A stretch of DNA of 64,000 nucleotides from Bacteroidota bacterium (GTDB lineage Bacteria; Bacteroidota; Ignavibacteria; Kryptoniales; JAKASW01), in the NCBI GenBank assembly GCA_021812985.1, contig JAKAMG010000014.1, positions 12,817 through 76,816 of the forward strand, read 5' to 3'. The notes beneath the pieces are model-generated. The model worked only from the letters and a program-made list of their open reading frames with translations. It searched no databases and was not told the DNA's origin. Position 1 is the first letter of the stretch. Each line of letters opens with the position of its first letter. Both the position numbers and the translations under genes were made by a program. This document shows, one piece after another, positions 46,002-55,754 of the stretch.

Positions 46002-47918
46002 ATGAACCAAATCAGCAGGGCAGGGACCGGTCATGGGGAATTGAACTGGTGCATATCGACCAACCGCAGCTTCACGTGGACGGGCTTAATGTCTTGGCTG
46101 TTTCTTCTCGCTTTGGCTTTTGAATGCGCCGCCGGAATGATTCAGCCGGTACAGGCCGGCAACAGATCGTCAAAGAATATCCGGGACTCTGATGTAATAG
46201 TCCTGAAAGATCCCAAACGCGCCTATCCGCTTGGCCCCCACTTTTTCGTGTACGAGGATCGCAGTGACACCCTTACCGTCAATCAGATTGCCTCAGATGT
46301 CATGTCCAGGCGCTTCGTCCCCGCATCTAGTCCTGTTCCTAACATCAGCTCTACGAAGTCAGCCATCTGGGTCAGATTTACCGTAGAAGATTCTTCGAGC
46401 GAATACAGCTTCTGGCTTTTGGAGGTGGGCTATGCCGTACTGGACGAAGTGAGGCTTTACAGCGGTTCCCCCGCGGCAGGATTCACAGAGACCATTTCAC
46501 GCAGCTCTACACCGGTCCAGGAGCGGACTATCCGACATCGGTTGCCATATTTCCGGCTTCCACTGCAGAAGAATGTTCCTCAGCAATTCTATCTTCGGAT
46601 AACGGCGAGAACTTCGATCCCGCTTGCTCTCACTATCCGTCATGTGAGAGAGTTCATGGATTATGACCATAATGCTCAGATAGTCCTCGGTATCTTCTAT
46701 GGCGCTATGGTTATCATGATTCTGTACAACCTCTTCCTATTCTTCTCCGTCCGTGACAAGACATACCTCTACTACGTCCTGTATGTCAGTGGATACACAG
46801 TCTATCAACTTGCTCAGGACGGGCTTGTGAAGGAGTACATCCTCACGTACGGTGATGCCTTTTTCTATGTCGCCTACGGAGCCATCGGTTTCTTCTTTCT
46901 TTTCGGTGTTCAGTTCACGCGCACCTACCTTTCAACGAAACAAAGGACGAAGGTCCTCGACCGAGCACTTCTCCTTATTGAAGGGGGCGCATTGGTATCT
47001 TTATTGTTCTCACCGGTACTTGCCGGTGGTCCGCTGAATCTGATAGCAGGCATACTTGCTATAGGATATGGTATCACAGGTTTTTCTGCGGCCATCCTTT
47101 GCAGGAAACAAGGGTTCCGCCCCGCAAGTTATTACATGATAGCCCTTTCCGGCTTCTTCCTTGGTTTTGTCATCAGAGTCGCCCGGGTCGATGGGCTCGT
47201 GCCCATGAACTTCTTCACTCAGAACGCCTTTCAGATTGGAGTGCTGTGGGAAGTCTCATTGCTCTCTCTTGCACTGGGGAACAGAATTAACACCCTAAAA
47301 GGGGAGTATGATCACGATCGAGAAATGACGAGGCATCGTATTTCGAGCGACCTCCATGACGAGATAGGGAGCAACCTGAGCAGTATTGCAGTCGCAAGTC
47401 AAATGCTGAAGTCGGACTCTCAATTGAATAGCGAGCAGCGCGAGGAGTTGGATGGCATCACCTCAGCCGCACAGAGAACCGCGGAGGCGATGCGCGACAT
47501 CGTGTGGTTCATCAACCCGGAGCACGATACTCCTCGTGAAGTTGTCACGAAGATAAGGGAGACAGCGTCAAGTCTCCTCCGGGATGTCGATTTATCTTTC
47601 GAGTTGGATGAGAAGGCAATACAGGACATAAAGGATTTGCAGGTTCGTCGGAGCATCTTTTTGATTCTAAAGGAATCACTCAACAATATCGCTCGCCATG
47701 CCCGCGCGAGTTCCGTGACGGTATTCCTCGGGAGAGAAAAGAATGCTGTGTGTCTTTGTGTGAAGGACAATGGAGTCGGGTTCAGCGAGAAGTCGATCAA
47801 GCCAGGCAATGGGCTGAGAAACATTCGAAACAGAGCGCGGCAAATGGGAGCACGCTTGGAGATCAAGAGCGAACCAGGGATGGGCACGGAAATCTGCTTT
47901 TTCTACGGAATACCTTAA
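46002..47918 (+). CDS. 7TMR-DISM-type sensor histidine kinase (HisKA_3/NarX-LiaS class)
   Basis: Extracytoplasmic 7TMR-DISMED2-like region (IWVRFTVEDSS..FWLLEVGYAVLDEVRLY) and seven TM helices. H-box HDEIGSNLSSI, with HATPase N and G boxes (LNNIARHA, DNGVGF, GLRNI). The start may be ATG 46089. Confidence 0.85.
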   Translation: MNQISRAGTGHGELNWCISTNRSFTWTGLMSWLFLLALAFECAAGMIQPVQAGNRSSKNIRDSDVIVLKDPKRAYPLGPHFFVYEDRSDTLTVNQIASDVMSRRFVPASSPVPNISSTKSAIWVRFTVEDSSSEYSFWLLEVGYAVLDEVRLYSGSPAAGFTETISRSSTPVQERTIRHRLPYFRLPLQKNVPQQFYLRITARTSIPLALTIRHVREFMDYDHNAQIVLGIFYGAMVIMILYNLFLFFSVRDKTYLYYVLYVSGYTVYQLAQDGLVKEYILTYGDAFFYVAYGAIGFFFLFGVQFTRTYLSTKQRTKVLDRALLLIEGGALVSLLFSPVLAGGPLNLIAGILAIGYGITGFSAAILCRKQGFRPASYYMIALSGFFLGFVIRVARVDGLVPMNFFTQNAFQIGVLWEVSLLSLALGNRINTLKGEYDHDREMTRHRISSDLHDEIGSNLSSIAVASQMLKSDSQLNSEQREELDGITSAAQRTAEAMRDIVWFINPEHDTPREVVTKIRETASSLLRDVDLSFELDEKAIQDIKDLQVRRSIFLILKESLNNIARHARASSVTVFLGREKNAVCLCVKDNGVGFSEKSIKPGNGLRNIRNRARQMGARLEIKSEPGMGTEICFFYGIP

Positions 47919-47964
47919 ACGCGGTATTGAATTCGAGTCCTCAGAAGAGATATCTCCTGGAGTC

Positions 47965-48636
47965 ATGACTTCAAGAGCTAAGATGCGACGCGAAAGCCGG
48001 GCAACAGTCAGCGTCTGGCTGATTGAAGATAACGACTATTATCGGAGCACGATGGCGAAGCTAATCGACAGGAACCAAGGGATGAATTGTGTCCAGGCGT
48101 TTCGCTCCTGCGAGGAAGCAATTTCGGCCTTTCGCAACGAACCACCACCGGAGATCATCCTCCTCGATATCGGTCTGCCTGGAATGAGCGGCATCCAGGG
48201 AATTTCAAGATTCAAGGCCTGGAGTCCGTCCACTCACATCGTCATCCTCACTGTCCACGATGACGATGCCGACGTGTTTGACGCCATCTGTGCGGGCGCA
48301 TCTGGCTATCTCCTGAAAGATCTTTCTCCTGAAAGTGCGGTCGCGGCAATTAACGAAGTTCTTTCGGGCGGGGCCCCGATGAATCCGAAGATCGCCAGGC
48401 GTGTCCTCGAAATGTTCGCCAGGCAAGGGGCACCGAAGGGGGAATACGGCCTCAGTGACAGGGAAAAAGAAATCCTGAAGTTGCTAGTCGAAGGTTACAG
48501 TCAGAAGAAAATAGCAAATGATCTCTACCTTAGCGTACATACGGTGAATACTCATCTCAAGAACATATACAATAAACTTCAGGTCCACTCCCGCACCGGG
48601 GCGGTCTCGAAAGCGTTTAACGAGAAGCTCCTTTAG
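47965..48636 (+). CDS. NarL/LuxR-family response regulator
   Basis: REC domain (IILLDIGLPGMSG) plus a LuxR HTH (LSDREKEILKLLVEGYSQKKIANDLYLSVHTVNTHLKNIYNKL). Adjacent to the kinase. Confidence 0.9.
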   Translation: MTSRAKMRRESRATVSVWLIEDNDYYRSTMAKLIDRNQGMNCVQAFRSCEEAISAFRNEPPPEIILLDIGLPGMSGIQGISRFKAWSPSTHIVILTVHDDDADVFDAICAGASGYLLKDLSPESAVAAINEVLSGGAPMNPKIARRVLEMFARQGAPKGEYGLSDREKEILKLLVEGYSQKKIANDLYLSVHTVNTHLKNIYNKLQVHSRTGAVSKAFNEKLL

Positions 48637-48732
48637 TCCCTCGTCCATTCCGGCTATTTAGCCTTATCCCGACTGTCTCGATCCACTTCCTCGAAACTCG
48701 GCTATCCAAAATACCGTAAACAAGTGATTGCC
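48550..48732 (+). repeat. copy 1 of a duplicated segment (response-regulator 3' end + downstream leader with a conserved 25-nt box)
   Basis: Aligns by eye with 52674-52856. It ends in aaaataccgtaaacaagtgattgcc (48708-48732), which is identical in both copies. Confidence 0.6.
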
Positions 48733-48864
48733 CTAATAAAGGCCATGGTACAGATTCATCTGCGAAGAGTGGTCCCGCCATGACAAGAGTTTTATCATGA
48801 GTGCGTCATCGACCCTCATCGTATGTCATTCAGATTAGCTTCACAGTGAAGGGAGGCAATACAT

Positions 48865-51800
48865 ATGAGCAAATGTTCTCTACTAGTTGTCTTGACGGTG
48901 GCTCTTTGTTCGCAGTTGGGAGCAGGAAAGGCCACACCTTTGTCAGCGGGGGTAGCCCCTCACTTGGTCGCCGTTGGCCAGCAATCGGGGCCCCGAGAGC
49001 AGGTAGGGCCTCAAAGTCGCACCTCGAGCCTGGCCGTTCGCGGAATGGAGGTGTCGGGACTCGTTACATCGACACCTTACTCTGCTGTTCAGACAACGAC
49101 CCCTGATAACCTGCCATACGGAGGCGTCTGGTCCGCGAAAGAATTTCAAGGATCGGTATGGATTTGCGGAGACAGCAATCTGGTGGCGAAGGCGGATACT
49201 TCTAACCTCGGCTCGTGGACATTGATGAACAACGGCATCCCTGCCGACGGAATAATGTGTCTGGAGTTCGTTAGCTCATCAGTTATCTTCGCGGGCGGAT
49301 ACAGCGGGGCAATCTACAAAACAACCGACGGCGGGAATTCCTGGAATTCGGTCTACTTCAATGCGAGCGTTACGAACTTCATCGATGAGATCAAGTTTTT
49401 TGACGCGAACCATGGAATGGCTTGGGGGGATGGTCTTTCATCTACTAGCCCCCAAGCCTGCCTGGTCACCACCGACGGAGGAACAACCTGGACAAACAAT
49501 AATACTTTCATTACAGGCACTTCATATCCTGGAGATGTGGGTTTTGCCTCGCCGTCTTTCGTCACCATCGCGGGATATAACAAAGTCTCCGGGTCCACCT
49601 GCAGAGGCATCTGGCGGAGCACAGATGCGGGAGTAAGTTGGTCCTTTTCGACTGTCGGGACGGCGCCTAAGGACTCGGTTGCCATCACCGCGTCCGTCGC
49701 CTTTCGGGACCAATTTGTCGGAGTTGCATCTCGAAACGACTCCACGATCTGGTCCACCTCTGACGGGGGAATTACCTGGCAACAAGTCGGTTCGAAATTG
49801 CCGGTGTATTTTGCCTACGCAACCTTCGTAAATGGAACCAGCTTGGCGGTTTTGGGTGGAGCTAAAGCATCCATCGCGGAGGTAGACCTCAACTCGAACT
49901 CGATGACGATTTACCAGGACACAACCAAGAACATCGGTTTCTCCTTCATTGATTTTCCGGCCCCCACACGCGGTTACATGACGAATGGCGCCAAGCGCAC
50001 CTTTTACTCGATACGGAATCTTTCCGCGGGTAGTAATCCATCTGCATTCAACATAACATTCAATGTCAATATCGGAGTAATGAAGGCCGCAGGCATCTTC
50101 GATCCAAATAGAGACGAAGTTATCGTCAGGGGAGACTTCGAGCACTACGTTAATCCCTCGTATCAAGACTGGTTGGGGAACGAGTTCGCCATGACTCATA
50201 ATGCGGTTTACGATTCTGTATATGGTATTACCGTCCAACTGAACAACGTTCCTCCCGGGACTGAGCTTCAGTACAAATATGCAATCATAGACACGTCAAA
50301 CGGGCAGACTTCACTCAGCGATCAAACCGCATTTACTGGGCCATGGATTACGTGGGAGGATAATTTTGCGGGTCCCGGACCCAACGGAAACAGAGTTTAC
50401 ACATTGAATACATATCAATATCAGACCCCGCCTACTGTTTATTTCGACAACATGATCGGCGCGGTTCAGACTCATCAGGTTACATTTCAGGCCGATATGA
50501 CATCGCTCCTTTTAAGCGGATTCATTAAAGGTAGTGATACGATGTCCGTCAGAGGAAGCCTGCCGCCATTAAACTGGTGGAGCAACGTAGTTATGTCACC
50601 CAATGCAACTAATCCTGATATCTATCATGGCACAGTCACCGTTTCCATGCCGGCAGGTGCGATTTTGGAGTATGACTTCCATGCAAGTCCTGAAGGGCTT
50701 TTTGTAAATTCCGGTAACGACACGACGAAAGGTAACCATCTCCTCGCCTTCCCAAATCACGATACCACACTTGCGCCAATCGATCCCGCAATTTACTTGT
50801 TGCACCCCGCGCCGCGGCTTGACTGGACAATCGGCATTTCCGCGACTTCGAATGGGTTCACAGATTCCACATCTTACGCAGCTGTTGACACCAGTGCGAC
50901 GGATGGATATGACAACGCAATTGACCTTCCAAAGCCGCCGAAGCCGCCGAGCAATTACGTGTACGTCTATTTCCCTCATCCGGAGTGGGGAGCAATACTC
51001 GGACCCAACTTCATGACAGACGTCAAACACGACACAGACATGACTTCGATGGCGAAGGTATGGACGTTTGTTGTAGCCACAGACCACCTGAACAAACAAA
51101 TGACAGTTGCTCTTACCGGAAGCAATGGTATTCCTTCGTCCTATCCCATGATCCTGAGGGACATGAAGACAGGCATGGTGAGCGATATCCGCGTTACACC
51201 GAGCTACAGTTATAATGCGGGAACCGATTCCAGTCGCATGTTTCAGCTTATTGTGGGAACACCATATGTATCGCTCTCTCACACCTACAATGCTGGGTGG
51301 AACCTCATCGGACTCCCTGCCAAGACAAGTTTCCCCGCGGCATCTTCCATCTTCGGTTCTTCAGACGTTTACCTTTATGGATATTCGAATGCTGGAGGCT
51401 ACTTTTCTGCAGACACTCTTGGAATGGGAATGGGGTACTGGATCGGTGCAGCGAGTCCAACCAGCGCTGGAGCAAAAGGCATCGAAGCGTTGGGACCGGT
51501 GAGCCTTGCTCTGAATCCGGGTTTTAATTTAATATCCCTTCCATATCCTGATTCTGCATACTCCAAAGAGGAATTCTCTTTCACGAAGGGGAATGTTACG
51601 GTAGGACTCGACAGCGCGGCTTCGCTCGGATGGGTTTCTCCGTCATTGTTTTCGTATCTGCAGACGACTGGTGGCTATACTGCAGTGAATGAACTTTCGT
51701 TATGGAACGGATATTGGTTTGCCGCACTTGACAGTAACCTCACGCTTATTTTCAATCCTCCCGTGAATAATGTAATCCCGTCGGCAGCGAAGAAGAATGT

Positions 51801-52569
51801 TGTATCAAACGGGAAGACTGTAGCCAGCGTGTCGGACACAAACTGGACCGTCAGACTGACGCTACAGGCCAATGGCTCTATCGATCGACTCGGTGAATTC
51901 GGGGTAATGCCCGGCGCGAAGAGCGGATTCGACGCGCGATACGATCTTCCGCATCCACCGAATCCTCCGTCGTCCGGTTCCAATTATGCTTACCTCGCAT
52001 TCCCACATCCCGATTGGAAAAGCATAGTAGGTTCGAATTTCAGCTCTGATTTCGTGCCGGTCGGGAGCTCATACTCCTGGAAGATGATCGTGGGATGCAC
52101 CGGAGGCAACAGCATGGGTACACTGTCATGGGATTCCACCGCCGTTCCAAAAAATGTTTCGATTGAGCTCGTGGACCTTGGCAATGACGGACAGGCGCTT
52201 GATATGCACACATCAGGGAGTTACAGATTCTCGCTAAATGGTACAGACTCGATGCTTATAAGTGCAGTCTTGACGGGAGTGAGCGACCGCGCTTCCGTGC
52301 TACCGTCAAAGTTTGCTCTTTACCAAAACTACCCCAATCCGTTCAACCCTACCACGACAATCGCATACGATCTTCCGAAAGCCGCACATGTCACATTGAA
52401 AATTTATGACGTGTTGGGAGAGGAGGTAGCCACTCTCGTCGATGAACAAAAGGATGCGGGCTCTTATAAGGCATGGTTTGACGGCTCAAGGTTCGCCAGC
52501 GGAGTATACTTCTATCGGATAGAAGCCGGTTCGTTCATGGCATCAAAGAAGTTCGTGTTGATGAAATAA
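48865..52569 (+). CDS. large secreted T9SS cargo protein: BNR/Asp-box propeller + beta-sandwich modules + C-terminal sorting domain
   Basis: 1234 aa with signal peptide MSKCSLLVVLTVALCSQLGAG. Asp-box repeats (TTDGGNSWNS, TTDGGTTWTN, STDAGVSWSF, TSDGGITWQQ). The C-terminus NYPNPFNPTTTIAYDL...YDVLGEEV...SGVYFYRIEAG..KKFVLMK is a T9SS type-A CTD. Confidence 0.8.
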   Translation: MSKCSLLVVLTVALCSQLGAGKATPLSAGVAPHLVAVGQQSGPREQVGPQSRTSSLAVRGMEVSGLVTSTPYSAVQTTTPDNLPYGGVWSAKEFQGSVWICGDSNLVAKADTSNLGSWTLMNNGIPADGIMCLEFVSSSVIFAGGYSGAIYKTTDGGNSWNSVYFNASVTNFIDEIKFFDANHGMAWGDGLSSTSPQACLVTTDGGTTWTNNNTFITGTSYPGDVGFASPSFVTIAGYNKVSGSTCRGIWRSTDAGVSWSFSTVGTAPKDSVAITASVAFRDQFVGVASRNDSTIWSTSDGGITWQQVGSKLPVYFAYATFVNGTSLAVLGGAKASIAEVDLNSNSMTIYQDTTKNIGFSFIDFPAPTRGYMTNGAKRTFYSIRNLSAGSNPSAFNITFNVNIGVMKAAGIFDPNRDEVIVRGDFEHYVNPSYQDWLGNEFAMTHNAVYDSVYGITVQLNNVPPGTELQYKYAIIDTSNGQTSLSDQTAFTGPWITWEDNFAGPGPNGNRVYTLNTYQYQTPPTVYFDNMIGAVQTHQVTFQADMTSLLLSGFIKGSDTMSVRGSLPPLNWWSNVVMSPNATNPDIYHGTVTVSMPAGAILEYDFHASPEGLFVNSGNDTTKGNHLLAFPNHDTTLAPIDPAIYLLHPAPRLDWTIGISATSNGFTDSTSYAAVDTSATDGYDNAIDLPKPPKPPSNYVYVYFPHPEWGAILGPNFMTDVKHDTDMTSMAKVWTFVVATDHLNKQMTVALTGSNGIPSSYPMILRDMKTGMVSDIRVTPSYSYNAGTDSSRMFQLIVGTPYVSLSHTYNAGWNLIGLPAKTSFPAASSIFGSSDVYLYGYSNAGGYFSADTLGMGMGYWIGAASPTSAGAKGIEALGPVSLALNPGFNLISLPYPDSAYSKEEFSFTKGNVTVGLDSAASLGWVSPSLFSYLQTTGGYTAVNELSLWNGYWFAALDSNLTLIFNPPVNNVIPSAAKKNVVSNGKTVASVSDTNWTVRLTLQANGSIDRLGEFGVMPGAKSGFDARYDLPHPPNPPSSGSNYAYLAFPHPDWKSIVGSNFSSDFVPVGSSYSWKMIVGCTGGNSMGTLSWDSTAVPKNVSIELVDLGNDGQALDMHTSGSYRFSLNGTDSMLISAVLTGVSDRASVLPSKFALYQNYPNPFNPTTTIAYDLPKAAHVTLKIYDVLGEEVATLVDEQKDAGSYKAWFDGSRFASGVYFYRIEAGSFMASKKFVLMK

Positions 52570-52600
52570 CTCTCTCGTTTTGGCGTAGGCATACTGCCGC

Positions 52601-52643
52601 AGAGGCCTGAGCTTTTTCACGAGGCTCAGGCCTCTTTGCTTTT
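52601..52643 (+). terminator. rho-independent terminator
   Basis: 12-bp stem agaggcctgagc / gctcaggcctct followed by ttgctttt, 32 nt after the stop at 52569. Confidence 0.7.
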
Positions 52644-52673
52644 AGACTCCTTGCAAGATGCCAAACAATAGGC

Positions 52674-52856
52674 ACGCACCTGAAAAATATCTGCAACAAG
52701 CCCAAGGTCCGGACCGCGTCGGAGCAGTCTAGAAAGTCCTTAACGAAAAGCCCCTCTGGTTTCCCGTTGCCTTCGGCTAATCAGCCTTATCCCTACTTCG
52801 TCGATCTTCTTCGTCGACAGCCCGGCTGTCGAAAATACCGTAAACAAGTGATTGCC
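52674..52856 (+). repeat. copy 2 of the duplicated segment; includes a decayed LuxR-type HTH 3' relic
   Basis: 52674-52745 reads THLKNICNKPKVRTAS.., against THLKNIYNKLQVHSRTGAV.. in the intact regulator. After that, frame and stop are lost. The identical 25-nt box is at 52832-52856. Confidence 0.6.
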
Positions 52857-53011
52857 GGCGGCCGTGCAAGCAAATAGATTTGGTGAAATGAGAATCATCT
52901 GGTTTATCAGAAGGCTCAGATAAAGAGTCTTGTCAGGGGATCAGGTATGTCGCGGGGCCGTTCATACAATACAAACGTTCGCGTCACAAATTTGAAGGAA
53001 GGAGAAGTATT

Positions 53012-55168
53012 GTGAGGAATGTCAGACTGTTGCTGCTTTCGTGGTTTATTACGTTTATGCTGATCGCGGATGTGTCAGCGCAATGGGTGCAAACCAATGG
53101 TCCTTATACCGGTGACCCAGTCAATGTATTGGCGTGCAGTGGATCACGCCTATTAGCGGGCACGTTGGACGGCATATTCACTTCCACGGATAGTGGAGTG
53201 AGCTGGCATAGCACCCAAGTGAAAAACTATCCCATAGCCGCGATAACCAAGTATGGCGGCAGCACGTTTACAGGAGGGGGAAACGGTATCTTTCTTTCGA
53301 CGGACGACGGGGAAACGTGGTCGCCCATGAATTCTGGTTTGACAGGCATGGGTAAGAGCATCACGTCACTGGCGGTTTCTGGGTCAACTGTGATAGCCGG
53401 AACTTGGCAAGGAGTTTATGTCTCAACGGACGAAGGATCGACTTGGAATTCCGCAAATTCCGGTCTGCCTATCTCCAACGGGTGGACCTTTCGAGTCGTA
53501 TCCCTTGCTATCAGTGGGAGAAAGGTTTTCGCAGCTACTCAGAGCGGGCTCTTTGTATCTACTGATAACTGCTTGACATGGGCAGCTGCGGATTCCAGCT
53601 TAGCCAACGTATATGTTAACGCACTGGCTGCGACTGACACAATTGTTGTTGCTTGTACCACCACAGGTACTTTCGTATCAACTAACGGCGGGTCCCAATG
53701 GGCTCCTGCCGATTCCGGGATGGACTTGATGGGATGGGAAATTCATAGATTCGAGATAATTGGAACAAGTTTGCTGGCCGCCACGGACAAAGGGACATAC
53801 TTGTCAACGGACCGGGGAACAAGTTGGGCACCCACCAATTCTTCGGGCATTGCGACCTCTGACGTATGGGCCTTGGCAGGAAACGGCGCATCGCTCTTTG
53901 CAGGGACTGCTGTCGGAGAGATTTACCTTTCCACCGACAAAGGCATGACGTGGGGCAAAGCGGGAGATATTGTGATGCCAATACCGATGTCGAATCATGA
54001 ATTTACCTCTGTTGGGGACACTTTATTTGCGGGCGCTGGATACGCCGGAGTTTATTGCTCCAGCGACAAGGGCGCCAGCTGGCTGCAGGTCGACCACGAT
54101 CTGGCAACTTATCCGGTTACCACCCTTGCAGGTGATGGCAACGTGATACTTGCAGGCACTTACGGTGGTGGCATCTTTCTCTCGACAGATAATTCGGCAA
54201 CCTGGTCTCAGGCAAGTTCCGGATTACCTGCTCCGTATGCTTACGCTACCAAATGCTTTGCGCTTGCATCGGATGATACGGGAGGTAGACACGTATATGC
54301 CGCTACGGATAGTGGAATTTTCGTTTCGACGAATATCGGGCAAAATTGGAACTGCATACTAGGGCAAGATCCTTCGATGGGAGGTCCTTTATCAATCGCA
54401 GCCTATGGTGGCGGTGTCTTCGTGGGATATCTTGGGGGGATAATGCGTTCCACGGACTTCGGCTCAAGTTGGAGTCGATCTCTCGCCTTGAACGGAGAGA
54501 GCGTCAGGGACCTTGTCACTGACGGAGGGAATCTCTATGCGGGTGTCTCAAGTGGCGCCGATGTTTATGGAGTTTATATTTCGACAGATAACGGGACAAC
54601 CTGGTCTTCCGGCAGGTCAGGACTCCCTCCTTGGTCGGATGTCAATGCTGTTGCTGTAAGCGGCGCCAGCTTGTTCGCAGGAACATTTGCCGGAGTCTTC
54701 CTTTCAACAGACGGAGGGCACAGCTGGGTTCCGGTAAGTTCAGGCTTGGCCGACACTTCAATTAGTACCCTGGCGGTAAATGATGGATATCTTTATGCCG
54801 GAACCTACTATTACAACGGGGTCTGGAAGAGACCGATATCAGAAATGGTTTCCGCTATAGGACAACACCTGAATAATACGCCTTTGAAATTTGACATGGA
54901 GCAAAACTATCCTAATCCCTTCAACCCCACGACAACAATAAAGTTCGGGCTCCCAAAGCAATCCCAGGTCAGCCTCGTCATCTATGACATACTTGGCAGG
55001 GAAGTGAAAGAACTTGTTAACGACAAACTCCAGGCTGGTTACTACCACTTCACGTGGGACGCCACGCGGTTTGCGAGCGGAGTATACTTCTATCGGATCG
55101 AGGCACAGTCACTAAGCGGAGATAAGAAGAGCTTCGTCGAGGTGAAGAAGTTACTCCTCCTCAAATGA
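53012..55168 (+). CDS. secreted T9SS cargo protein with ~13 BNR/Asp-box repeats (double-propeller, sortilin/GH74-like architecture)
   Basis: 718 aa, GTG start after the RBS gaaggaagga. Repeats include STDSGVSWHS, STDDGETWSP, STDEGSTWNS and STDGGHSWVP. The C-terminal NYPNPFNPTTTIKFGL...SGVYFYRIEAQ is a T9SS CTD. Confidence 0.8.
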   Translation: MRNVRLLLLSWFITFMLIADVSAQWVQTNGPYTGDPVNVLACSGSRLLAGTLDGIFTSTDSGVSWHSTQVKNYPIAAITKYGGSTFTGGGNGIFLSTDDGETWSPMNSGLTGMGKSITSLAVSGSTVIAGTWQGVYVSTDEGSTWNSANSGLPISNGWTFRVVSLAISGRKVFAATQSGLFVSTDNCLTWAAADSSLANVYVNALAATDTIVVACTTTGTFVSTNGGSQWAPADSGMDLMGWEIHRFEIIGTSLLAATDKGTYLSTDRGTSWAPTNSSGIATSDVWALAGNGASLFAGTAVGEIYLSTDKGMTWGKAGDIVMPIPMSNHEFTSVGDTLFAGAGYAGVYCSSDKGASWLQVDHDLATYPVTTLAGDGNVILAGTYGGGIFLSTDNSATWSQASSGLPAPYAYATKCFALASDDTGGRHVYAATDSGIFVSTNIGQNWNCILGQDPSMGGPLSIAAYGGGVFVGYLGGIMRSTDFGSSWSRSLALNGESVRDLVTDGGNLYAGVSSGADVYGVYISTDNGTTWSSGRSGLPPWSDVNAVAVSGASLFAGTFAGVFLSTDGGHSWVPVSSGLADTSISTLAVNDGYLYAGTYYYNGVWKRPISEMVSAIGQHLNNTPLKFDMEQNYPNPFNPTTTIKFGLPKQSQVSLVIYDILGREVKELVNDKLQAGYYHFTWDATRFASGVYFYRIEAQSLSGDKKSFVEVKKLLLLK

Positions 55169-55218
55169 GTTCAGAGGTTAAAGAGCTTCTGCTCTTGGCC
55201 CAACGGTATTAGACCATC
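54902..55218 (+). repeat. copy A of a ~317-bp near-identical repeat (T9SS CTD coding region + ~50 bp downstream)
   Basis: By eye it matches 63684-64000 with roughly a dozen substitutions and no indels. It crosses the stop codon into non-coding sequence. Confidence 0.85.
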
Positions 55219-55754
55219 GCGCACCCGGCGATGAACCCGACGGCACGCGTCCCAGCTCAATGGGATGTGTGCCAGGGCCTCAAACCTGCGCGGCTTCCCG
55301 GTGCAGGGCGGACATCCCTTTTGCCAAGATGCTTCCGCTCTGCTATCCCCTGAATTCTTTCTTCACCTGAAGGGGAGCCCTCACTTACTACTCCAACCGC
55401 GTCCTCCAAGACTTGCATCTGAAATTCGGTATGCTTAAAATTCGACATCATCCTGCTGTAAGTGGGCGCAAGCCATTAGGGGGCTTGGGCAGCCTAGGTA
55501 ATAAATGATAGGGCTTGGTAACGAAACATCCAGCTTCTTGGGAACCATGAAGAACCGTTCAATTCTGAGGGTTTAGGCCTCTTCTCGGCCAAAAAACTGG
55601 CGCTGTTTACCTTGTGCAAGGCTAGCTGGGCGATGTTTCGTGCTTCCGCTGATCGTGCACTATCTGCCTATATATATCGCTTGTGCGGATTGCGTTGTTC
55701 CGCTGAACCGTAGTCCAATCTCCGACTCTCGGATAAGACATCGAGACATTCCCG

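Noticed and set aside
55257-55451. 64-aa minus-strand ORF in the 590-bp spacer between the propeller cargo gene and the hybrid regulator. A 75-aa ORF at 55622-55849 is similar.
   Set aside because: Neither has an RBS, a recognisable motif or a partner gene. The second overlaps the regulator's 5' end. The spacer may extend the 3' repeat seen at 55169-55218, but that cannot be tested inside this window.
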